Shown here piece by piece: positions 16,880 to 24,806 of a DNA stretch of 64,000 nt. This DNA is from an uncultured Pelagibacteraceae bacterium (lineage in GTDB: Bacteria; Pseudomonadota; Alphaproteobacteria; Pelagibacterales; AG-422-B15), in the NCBI GenBank assembly GCA_902622985.1, contig CACNSH010000004.1:66-64065 (forward strand), written 5' to 3'. A program made the position numbers and the translations under genes. Under the pieces are notes generated by a model. The model saw only the letters and a list, made by a program, of their open reading frames with translations, had not been told where the DNA came from and did no database searches. Numbering within the stretch: position 1 is the first letter of the stretch; every line of letters begins with the position of its first letter.

Positions 16880-19281
16880 GAGAACCTCATGGCTTTAAGA
16901 TGTTGTTCCACTTTATCAGAAAGTTCTGCTATCTGCTTTTGAATTTGAGGTAGCGGTGAATCGTAACGTTCTGCCAACTCCTTTAATCGTCTAGTAAGTT
17001 TTTGCAATATTGATTGATTAGCCTCATTAATCATAACCTCTAGGCTTGCCATCCATTTATTGTTAACAACAATCTCTTTGACTTCTTCTTCTGTCAGGTT
17101 TGGATAATGTTCTAATACTGCCTTGTCCAGTGCTTCGTCCTGTTCTTTCACCTGCTTCTTAATGGCTGCAATTGCTTTGGTTTTATTTGCCCATTCATCT
17201 AAGACTGACAGCTCATCTGCAAATTCAACATTGCCTTTAATTTCTTTGATGCGAGCATTTACTTCCTTTTTATTCACCTTATCAAAATCAGCAAAGACCC
17301 CATCATCACCTGACTGCTCTTCAACCATTTCTGCAAGCGTTGCCTCAGCTGATTCAAGCTCAGCCAGCTGAGTGTCAAGTACGGTTTGTTTATCGGCAAA
17401 GGCATAAGCAACTAGAAGGGATTTTGGCAATAGATCACAGGCCCAGCCGGCATCCTTCTCTTGTCCTTTTTTCTTGCCTTGTTTGATAGTTTCAATCACA
17501 CGGTAAGGCTCTGCCTTCCATCCCTCTACAGCGATATGATAGAAATCATCCGATAATACTTCTTCCCAATAATTCATCATCAATTGGTAAATATCATAAG
17601 GGTCAATCAGCGGCTGTTTGCTGTAATGGTCAAGCAATCCCTTTGCAAGTTGAGCAATTTCTTGCTTTGGCTTAATGCCAATCTGTAACGCCATTAGGTA
17701 ATCAACCACTTCAGTTTGCCACGCCTGATAATGCGAAGCTGCCTTTGCTTCAAAGGCTTTATAATCAGCATGATTCGAAATCGTTTCGCTTATCGCATTC
17801 GTAGCAACATTAAAGGATAAATATCCTTCTCGCATTGGCGACAGCAGCACCTTGCGAAGTTTGGTAAACTCATGCCAATAGTCACTCAGTGCGTCAATAT
17901 CTGCTTGCGGTATTCCGCCATTGAGATGGGCATCAATATCCTGAATATCCTCACTCTTATTTATAGAAATATAGCGCGGTAAATTAAGATTGTGATCTTG
18001 CTCAAGAATTTCAGTCATTGGCACAAAACGCGCATAGCCAATCATATCTATGCCTTGCTTATATGTGTCCACAATGCGATGCACATCCATTTCACGCAGG
18101 CGGTTCTTTGGTCCATCTTTCATAAAGCCATCGCTTGCATTGATCATAAAAATTCCATCACGTGTGGCTGCCTCTGACTTATCCAGCACAATGATACAGG
18201 CAGGAATACCCGTTCCGTAAAAAAGGTTAGCTGGTAGGCCTATAATTGCCTTTATATAGCCACGCTTTAAGATATTTTTTCGGATTGTCTCTTCTGAATT
18301 TCCACGAAACAGTACACCATGAGGTAAAATGACTGCAGCTTTACCATTCGATTTCAGTGAGCGGATGATATGCAGCATGTACGCATAGTCACCCTGTTTG
18401 TTTGGCGGTATACCATAATGTTGAAATCGCTCATGGACATCTTGGTCAGGTGTAAGTCCATTGCTCCAACGCTTGTCACTAAATGGTGGGTTGGCGACCA
18501 CATAATCAAATGTTTTAAGACTGCCATGTTCAATAAATTTTGGATCAGATAACGTATTGCCTTGCATGATTTGTGAGGTCGGATTGTCATGCAGAATCAT
18601 ATTCATCTGCGCCAAGGAAGCTGTGGCACTTTCTTGCTCTTGTCCATAAAGGGTAACATTACCAGTTGCTTCATCACTTACTTTCAACAACAAAGAGCCA
18701 GACCCGCAAGTTGGGTCATAGACGGTCGTGCTGCTAGAGGTCTCATCCTGACCAATTCCAAGGACTAATGCCATGATGCGGCTAACTTCAGATGGAGTAT
18801 AGAACTGTCCTTTGCTCTTACCGCTCTCAGAAGCAAAGTGGCGCATTAAATATTCATACGCATCACCAAGAATATCATCTCCATCTGCGCGGTTGTGGGA
18901 GAAATCTAACTCTTTCTTTTCAAATACAGCAATTAGATTGGTCAATCTGTCCTGCATTTCTTTTCCTGAACCAAGTTTCTGGCTGTCATTAAAATCAGGG
19001 AGGTTACCTAAATCATTGGCATCTTGAAGGGGGCCCACAATGCGCTTATTAATTTGGTCTCCAATATCAGAGGTTCCTTTTAGTTTTACCAAATCAGCAA
19101 AACTTGCTCCCTCTGGTACAGTTATTTCCGCATAAGGCTGACCAGCATATTTATCAGAGACATATTTAATAAAGAGTAGGACAAGCACATAATCCTTATA
19201 CGCAGCAGGTTCGATGCCTCCGCGCAGCTCATCACACGCTTTCCAAATAGATGAATATAGTTCTGATTTCTTAATTGCCAT
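16873..19281 (-). CDS. hsdM: type I restriction-modification DNA methyltransferase subunit M (long 802-aa form)
   Basis: The N-terminus reads SELYSSIWKACDELRGG...YKDYVLVLLFIKYVSDKY. The SAM motif is VYDPTCGSGSLL and the catalytic motif is NPPF (VVANPPFSDKRW). There is a helical/coiled-coil C-terminal extension of about 300 aa. Confidence 0.9.
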   Translation of the reverse strand: MAIKKSELYSSIWKACDELRGGIEPAAYKDYVLVLLFIKYVSDKYAGQPYAEITVPEGASFADLVKLKGTSDIGDQINKRIVGPLQDANDLGNLPDFNDSQKLGSGKEMQDRLTNLIAVFEKKELDFSHNRADGDDILGDAYEYLMRHFASESGKSKGQFYTPSEVSRIMALVLGIGQDETSSSTTVYDPTCGSGSLLLKVSDEATGNVTLYGQEQESATASLAQMNMILHDNPTSQIMQGNTLSDPKFIEHGSLKTFDYVVANPPFSDKRWSNGLTPDQDVHERFQHYGIPPNKQGDYAYMLHIIRSLKSNGKAAVILPHGVLFRGNSEETIRKNILKRGYIKAIIGLPANLFYGTGIPACIIVLDKSEAATRDGIFMINASDGFMKDGPKNRLREMDVHRIVDTYKQGIDMIGYARFVPMTEILEQDHNLNLPRYISINKSEDIQDIDAHLNGGIPQADIDALSDYWHEFTKLRKVLLSPMREGYLSFNVATNAISETISNHADYKAFEAKAASHYQAWQTEVVDYLMALQIGIKPKQEIAQLAKGLLDHYSKQPLIDPYDIYQLMMNYWEEVLSDDFYHIAVEGWKAEPYRVIETIKQGKKKGQEKDAGWACDLLPKSLLVAYAFADKQTVLDTQLAELESAEATLAEMVEEQSGDDGVFADFDKVNKKEVNARIKEIKGNVEFADELSVLDEWANKTKAIAAIKKQVKEQDEALDKAVLEHYPNLTEEEVKEIVVNNKWMASLEVMINEANQSILQKLTRRLKELAERYDSPLPQIQKQIAELSDKVEQHLKAMRFSW

Positions 19282-19545
19282 TATTTATATTTTCTAACTT
19301 ATTTGATATCGTAGCAACTAAGATCGTAAAAAAATACCTCAACTGTTACTCAACTTTTCATAAGCACACTGTAAACTAAGATCTAAATGTATATCAATTC
19401 AACATGTAAACTATTGGAGTTAATTAAAGGCAATTTGCCTCATGATGTGTAGTAGTATTAAGTATTTCCTAATATTTTATCGTAGAAAATTAAAGACAGA
19501 ACATTTTATTTTTGGCTGTTTTACTGAGGTTGAAATGAAAACTCG

Positions 19546-19571
19546 GTGTCTACCAATTCCACCATATCCGC
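19546..19571 (-). pseudogene. orphan 5' fragment (nt 1-26) of tRNA-Leu(TAG)
   Basis: These 26 nt are identical to the acceptor-5' strand plus D arm of the intact tRNA at 10312-10337. No anticodon, T arm or 3' acceptor strand follows. Confidence 0.85.
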
Positions 19572-19621
19572 GATTAATAGAAAATGCAAAATAGACTATT
19601 TTTTAGATGTTTACAGTAAAA
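19546..19621. repeat. island direct repeat, right copy
   Basis: It is identical to 10312-10387. It is followed by core sequence leading into the 2-hydroxyacid dehydrogenase gene. Confidence 0.9.
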
Positions 19622-19657
19622 TATTACAATTTGATGCTATAATTTTGACCGTTAATT

Positions 19658-20599
19658 ATGACAAAAAATATTGTATTTTTAGATAGGTCCACTTTTCCTT
19701 CTAATATTATATTTCCAAAACTTGATTTTAATCACAAATGGAAAAACCATAGTTTTACAAAGGTGAGGGAAGTTAAAAAAAGGATTGAGAAAGCACATAT
19801 AGTTGTTACCAACAAAATTGAACTGAATAGAAATAATTTATCTAATGCGAACAATTTAGAACTAATTGCGATAACTGCAACGGGAACGAATATAATAGAC
19901 TTAGAGTATTGCAGAAAACACAATATCTCTATATGCAATCTAAGAGACTATGCTTCCATATCGGTTGCTGAACACGTTTTAACTCTTATGCTTGCACTTT
20001 CTAAAAATATTAAAGGTCTTGAGAAAGATATAGACAAGAAACTTTGGCAAAAAAGAAAGGTGTTTGCATTACTTAGCAGAGAAATAAATGACTTACATGG
20101 CAAAACATTGGGCATAATTGGAAAAGGTTCAATCGGCATGAAAGTTGGCAGAATAGCTAAAGCATTTGGAATGAATATTAATTATTTTTCGGTTAGAAAT
20201 TATAAAAAAACACAATTTTTACAATTCTTATCATCTCTTGATTATTTATCTGTTCATTGCCCCTTGAATGAGAAAACAAAAGACCTGATAACAATTAAAG
20301 AATTAAAAATAATGAAAAAAAATATGATCTTAATTAATACTGCCAGGGGCGGCATAGTTAATGAAAATGATCTGACAAAAGCATTAAAACAAAAAATCAT
20401 TGCAGGAGCTGGAATTGATGTCACAACTAGTGAACCTCCAAAAAAATCTCACGCTTATTATAGCATATTAAATGAAGCAAATTTCATTTGGACACCTCAT
20501 ACTGCATGGGCATCAAATGAAACCTTGCAAGAAGCAATCAATCAATTAATAAAAAATATAAATTCTTTTTATAAAGGCAGAAAAAGAAATATCGTTTAA
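19658..20599 (+). CDS. D-isomer-specific 2-hydroxyacid dehydrogenase (glycerate dehydrogenase / hydroxypyruvate reductase-like)
   Basis: It has an NAD-binding motif GIIGKGSIGMKVG, the catalytic region NTARGGIVNENDL, and TPHTAWAS. Confidence 0.8.
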   Translation: MTKNIVFLDRSTFPSNIIFPKLDFNHKWKNHSFTKVREVKKRIEKAHIVVTNKIELNRNNLSNANNLELIAITATGTNIIDLEYCRKHNISICNLRDYASISVAEHVLTLMLALSKNIKGLEKDIDKKLWQKRKVFALLSREINDLHGKTLGIIGKGSIGMKVGRIAKAFGMNINYFSVRNYKKTQFLQFLSSLDYLSVHCPLNEKTKDLITIKELKIMKKNMILINTARGGIVNENDLTKALKQKIIAGAGIDVTTSEPPKKSHAYYSILNEANFIWTPHTAWASNETLQEAINQLIKNINSFYKGRKRNIV

Positions 20600-20730
20600 G
20601 CCTTTTTTATTCCAGCACACTTTTTTGAACAGTATATTACCCTGTCCCAGTTCAATCTCCATTTTTTTCTCCAGTTAAAAGGGCGATTACAAACCGGGCA
20701 TATTTTAGATGGCAAGTTTTCTTTTTTCAT
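20596..20730 (-). CDS. small zinc-ribbon protein, DUF2256-like (44 aa; absent from the supplied ORF track)
   Basis: My translation is MKKENLPSKICPVCNRPFNWRKKWRLNWDRVIYCSKKCAGIKKA. The pattern CPxCxRPFxWRKKW...W..V.YCSxxC matches my recollection of DUF2256. Its stop shares the tetranucleotide TTAA with the convergent dehydrogenase stop. Confidence 0.6.
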   Translation of the reverse strand: MKKENLPSKICPVCNRPFNWRKKWRLNWDRVIYCSKKCAGIKKA

Positions 20731-20749
20731 GATCTAATTATTAAATAAT

Positions 20750-20968
20750 ATGAAATTGTTTCAAGTCCATACAGGTTTTTATGATCCTAATATTTCAGAT
20801 GGCTTTTACGAAGGGCACACCAATATCTTTGTCTGCGCGAAAGATGAAAAAGAAGCTCGAGAAAAAGTGAAAGAAAAAAAAGAATATAAGAAATTTAAGA
20901 TGCACATTGATGGTATTCAGGAAATAACTATCGTTGATGACTATAAAGTTGAGCTAAATAAAATCTAG
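20750..20968 (+). CDS. hypothetical small protein (possibly DUF1543-like)
   Basis: It is a 72-aa ORF (LFQVHTGFYD...GHTNIFVCAKDEKEAREKV...HIDGIQEI). My recollection of DUF1543-type proteins is weak. The coding call rests on ORF length and tight packing. Confidence 0.35.
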   Translation: MKLFQVHTGFYDPNISDGFYEGHTNIFVCAKDEKEAREKVKEKKEYKKFKMHIDGIQEITIVDDYKVELNKI

Positions 20969-22809
20969 GCTCTAGTGCACTTACCGCTCATAAAGGTTTT
21001 GTAAATTTCATCCACTTCCTCGTCAGTAAGAGTTGTTCTATTAAACATTTTATCAATTATATTGCACTTTTGATCAACAGTTATGCTCTCACTAGATATT
21101 CCTTGAAGAATTGAATTTGCCGATAAAGTATTATTAAACATTGCAATGCCCTTATCGTTAACAGAATCAAATACGATAAACCTCTCATTGTTATTTAATT
21201 TATCCCATGGTTTCCAATCAGTAGACATATCATAAGGGGCGCTATTTGGATTACCATCATAAGCAAAGTTTACCCAATACTGTCCCATTTTTGTAGAGAG
21301 CTCTAAATCAGTGGACCTGTTATTTTCATTATACATTATATCATTTATCGCATCAGAGCTCTCGCCTAATAAACCATCTGATTTAAAAATAAACGCTAAC
21401 TCCATTCCATGTGCAGCGCCTAGAAGATTGGGGAGATCAACACCTAAATAGACATTTTGTTCATCCCAATCAAATCTATAAGCATATACATTTGATTTTT
21501 TGTAATTTGATGTAAAGTCTGAAGGTAGATCTACTGCACCATATTTCCATGACTCTGCCATGTATTTAGCATAGATATCATAATACTTTGGATCTTTGGG
21601 TTTTACATATAAATCAAGATATTCTGAGATTGGACTTAAAAAAGATAATGGCCTATTCACATATTCATTGTTCATAAACATAAACAGTTTATCTTCATCT
21701 CGTGTCGAACCAAATATCATAGGTTTGTCATACATATCACCATCTCTATAAGCTCCATAAATTCCCTTATTTGGAATTACTACTCCATCAGGTATTACAT
21801 TTGGAACATCAATTAATCCAGCTGCATCAGGTCTTGGCCTATAATATGATATAATATCGTTTGCATCTGCAGTTCTTAAAAGGTCAACAGAAAGCATCTG
21901 ATTGCTCATGAAATTTGAAATCTCCTCATCAGATATTGATGTGTTCTTTGATTTGATTAAGTGTCTTAATAAACTCTTAGAACCTGCTCTTTCATTATTT
22001 TCTGCATACTCTAGAGAGTCTGAGCCGAGATAACCGCTCTGAGAAATTCCTCTTTGAAATAAGTCTTCACTTAAAGGTGAGGTCATAAGTGAAATTACAT
22101 TTCTTGCTCCAGCAGACTCACCAAAAATGGTAATGTTATTTGGGTCACCATTAAAATCTGAAATATTTTCATTAACCCACTCAAGTGATTTTATAATATC
22201 GAGAGTTCCAAAATTTGCACTTTGATCAAGTTCATTATCTGAGTCTTCATTTAAATCGCTGAAGGCAAACCATCCAAAAGGACCTAATCTATAGTTAGTT
22301 GTGACTAAAATTACATCATGTTCCATTATGAAATCGCCTGAAGTATACAAGTTTGAAGCTGAATAACCCCACGTATTTCCACCTCCGTGTATCCAAAACA
22401 TGACTGGTAATTTCTTTTTACTGTTGTATGCCTTTTCTGAAAGATAAATATTTAAATAAAGACAGTCCTCAGATCCAATTATTGAACCTCCCTCAATGCC
22501 ATCCATTGAGTCATAAAAATTACTAACTTGCATGCACCTATTAGGTAATGTTGTGGCTTCAAATGTATCGGGCAGCTGCTCCATTTCTCTGGGAGCTTTC
22601 CATCTTAATTCATCAACTGGTGGCTTTGCAAAGGGAATACCGACAAAAGAAATAGTTTTTAAACCATCTTTTTCTTTTGCTACTGATCCAATGAAATCAG
22701 TGTTTTTGGATTTAAATGTATATATCTGTTCTTCTGCATAACTTATATTCAAACTAAGTGTAAGAAAAAGTATTAGAAGTAATGATATTTTATTAATTTT
22801 CCTCAACAT
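20965..22809 (-). CDS. secreted type-B carboxylesterase/lipase family protein
   Basis: It has a signal peptide (SLLLILFLTLSLNISYA/EE), the oxyanion-hole motif FWIHGGGNTWG, and the nucleophile elbow FGESAGA. Confidence 0.85.
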   Translation of the reverse strand: MLRKINKISLLLILFLTLSLNISYAEEQIYTFKSKNTDFIGSVAKEKDGLKTISFVGIPFAKPPVDELRWKAPREMEQLPDTFEATTLPNRCMQVSNFYDSMDGIEGGSIIGSEDCLYLNIYLSEKAYNSKKKLPVMFWIHGGGNTWGYSASNLYTSGDFIMEHDVILVTTNYRLGPFGWFAFSDLNEDSDNELDQSANFGTLDIIKSLEWVNENISDFNGDPNNITIFGESAGARNVISLMTSPLSEDLFQRGISQSGYLGSDSLEYAENNERAGSKSLLRHLIKSKNTSISDEEISNFMSNQMLSVDLLRTADANDIISYYRPRPDAAGLIDVPNVIPDGVVIPNKGIYGAYRDGDMYDKPMIFGSTRDEDKLFMFMNNEYVNRPLSFLSPISEYLDLYVKPKDPKYYDIYAKYMAESWKYGAVDLPSDFTSNYKKSNVYAYRFDWDEQNVYLGVDLPNLLGAAHGMELAFIFKSDGLLGESSDAINDIMYNENNRSTDLELSTKMGQYWVNFAYDGNPNSAPYDMSTDWKPWDKLNNNERFIVFDSVNDKGIAMFNNTLSANSILQGISSESITVDQKCNIIDKMFNRTTLTDEEVDEIYKTFMSGKCTRA

Positions 22810-24277
22810 ACGAATGCAGCTTTTTAATCATCAGGGGGATGTTGTCAATAAGATCCTCTGCAATTAGCCCGGGACCTATCATTTCTCCAAGTTTTGAGTG
22901 AATATATGCTCCAGCACAAGTCGCATCAAAAGCATTCATCTTATTATCTCCAACAAGTGAAGCGATGATTCCAGCAAGAACATCGCCTGATCCTGCGGTT
23001 GCTAGATATGGAGCTTCGCTTGCATTTATTACAACATTGCCTTCAGGGTCAGCAATAACTGTATCAGCGCCTTTGAGTAAAACTATACTTCCTGCTAATT
23101 TGGCTGCCTCAACACACTTGAGTACTTTATCTTCCATTAACGCAATACCTTCACCAAATAATCTTTTAAATTCACCTTCATGAGGTGTAAGTATTGTATG
23201 CGGATAAGTATCTATAAATAATTCTTCTGGATTATTTTCAAAACATGTAATTGCGTCTGCATCAATTACACAATGATCCACAAAAGCCAGTGCCATTAAA
23301 GTTCTTGCTTTTGTTTCATCATTTACTCCATTTCCAGGACCTATTAGGACACTTGAAACTCTATTGTCTTTTAAAAGTTTTTGAAAATCGTTTTTTTCTT
23401 TTATCACTGATATTAATTCAACTGAGATTTGTGGTTCTAATATTTTTGCTGTTTCTTCATCGCAGACCATAGTTACTGCTCCTGCCCCAACGCGCATAGC
23501 TGATCGACCAGCTAATCGAGCTGCTCCAGTTTGAAATTGAGGACCGGTATTAATTACAAGCATTCCTCTTGAATATTTATGATCACTTGAAACTGGAAAT
23601 GGAAAATTCTTAATCCATAATGATGGATCATTTTTTTTTATATTCGGCATAATTTTATCTAATACGTTTTTTTTAATTCCAATATTCTCAACTACTATTT
23701 CTCCACAATATTTTTTTCCAGGGTACAAATAATGACATTTTTTTTTATTAAAAAAAGTAATTGTTTTTGAAGCTTTAAAAGCTTCTCCAAGAACAGCAGA
23801 TGTATCGCCATTAATGCCAGATGGAATATCTACGGAGAAAACATCTAATTTAGATTGATTAATTTTGCTAACCAAAGAACTTAAATCATCTGACATTGTC
23901 CTTGATAACCCTGTACCAAACAAAGCGTCAACTACATAACAATAATTTGATAAACTTCTAATTTTGGAAACAAATAATGATTTATTAAGTTTTTGTTTAT
24001 AATGTAAATTGTCATTACTTTCCTTGGCTTTACTAATAGGGCAATAAATATCAATTTCCATACCTTGCTTTAAAATAAGGTCAGCTGCAACATAGCCATC
24101 GCCACCGTTATTTCCCGGACCACAAATAAAGAGCGCCCTTTTACCTCTTTGAACAGGAAGATTGTTGAAAACTTTCTTTCCTGCGTTAAACATCAGATCC
24201 AAACTAGAAATACCAGATTCAATAGTTAAAAGGTCGGCCTTTGCCATTTCTTTATTACTAAGGATGTATTGAGTCAT
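22793..24277 (-). CDS. nnr: bifunctional NAD(P)H-hydrate repair enzyme Nnr (epimerase/dehydratase)
   Basis: The N-terminal YjeF_N domain has GPGNNGGDGYV. The C-terminal carbohydrate-kinase-like domain has GSGDVLAG. Its 3' end overlaps the esterase start by 17 nt. Confidence 0.85.
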   Translation of the reverse strand: MTQYILSNKEMAKADLLTIESGISSLDLMFNAGKKVFNNLPVQRGKRALFICGPGNNGGDGYVAADLILKQGMEIDIYCPISKAKESNDNLHYKQKLNKSLFVSKIRSLSNYCYVVDALFGTGLSRTMSDDLSSLVSKINQSKLDVFSVDIPSGINGDTSAVLGEAFKASKTITFFNKKKCHYLYPGKKYCGEIVVENIGIKKNVLDKIMPNIKKNDPSLWIKNFPFPVSSDHKYSRGMLVINTGPQFQTGAARLAGRSAMRVGAGAVTMVCDEETAKILEPQISVELISVIKEKNDFQKLLKDNRVSSVLIGPGNGVNDETKARTLMALAFVDHCVIDADAITCFENNPEELFIDTYPHTILTPHEGEFKRLFGEGIALMEDKVLKCVEAAKLAGSIVLLKGADTVIADPEGNVVINASEAPYLATAGSGDVLAGIIASLVGDNKMNAFDATCAGAYIHSKLGEMIGPGLIAEDLIDNIPLMIKKLHSYVEEN

Positions 24278-24449
24278 TTGTTAGAAATCGCCTATAAGTG
24301 CATGTTTTGAATAAAGATATGTAAAATTTACCTCTACTTATAATTAAATCTATATGTCAATTTGGCATAAAAACATTATATATACATTCTATCATTAATT
24401 TTAACTTCTTTCAGAAAATTAATGTATAAAACTTAAGAGTTAATTCATA

Positions 24450-24785
24450 ATGAAAAAAATCGAAGCTGTCATAAAGCCATTTAAGATAGATGATGTAAAA
24501 GAAGCACTTGAAAAAGTTGGGGTGCGTGGGATCACTATATCTGAAGCCAAAGGCTTAGGTAGACAAAGAGGTTTTACTGAAGTTAACACTGGTGTTGAAT
24601 ATGGTGATTTTCTTCCGAAAATTAGATTAGAAATAATCTTACAAGATGATCTTGTCGATACGGCCGTCGAGGCGATTAGGGCTTCAGCAAACACAAATCG
24701 TATTGGTGATGGTAAAATATTTGTTTCTAACATTGAAACAGTTATGAGAATTCGTACAGGCGAGACTGGTTCGGACGCATTATAA
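24450..24785 (+). CDS. glnB: nitrogen regulatory protein P-II
   Basis: MKKIEAVIKPFKIDDVKEAL, the T-loop GRQRGFTEVNTGVEY and IGDGKIFV...RIRTGE are all present. Tyr51 is conserved. The loop is one residue shorter after Tyr51 than in E. coli GlnB as I recall it. Confidence 0.9.
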   Translation: MKKIEAVIKPFKIDDVKEALEKVGVRGITISEAKGLGRQRGFTEVNTGVEYGDFLPKIRLEIILQDDLVDTAVEAIRASANTNRIGDGKIFVSNIETVMRIRTGETGSDAL

Positions 24786-24806
24786 ACTTAATTCAGGGAG
24801 AAATTA

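Larger units (their letters stand above)
10388..19545. mobile_element. tRNA-Leu-associated genomic island (9,158 bp between the repeats) with no recognisable integrase or transposase
   Basis: It is bounded by a perfect 76-bp direct repeat. All seven ORFs are on the minus strand. The cargo is a type I R-M operon plus a membrane/PLD cassette. Composition differs sharply from the flanks: sampled 60-nt lines give about 43-52% GC in hsdR/hsdM and about 20-23% in the PLD cassette. Confidence 0.65.

Noticed and set aside
19282-19545. I looked for a decayed integrase or excisionase gene, or a small controller (C) protein ORF, in the island's right arm.
   Set aside because: I read both strands. The ATG-initiated ORFs on the minus strand stop after 4-8 codons. 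The one plus-strand ORF of about 50 aa runs into the tRNA-fragment repeat and looks spurious. Nothing is interpretable as a recombinase remnant.
24363-24379. A sigma-54-like -24 element, TGGCAT, lies upstream of glnB.
   Set aside because: The sequence is TGGCAT-AAAAA-CATTA. The -12 element lacks the conserved GC dinucleotide (TTGC[A/T]) at the correct spacing, so the match is half a motif in AT-rich DNA.
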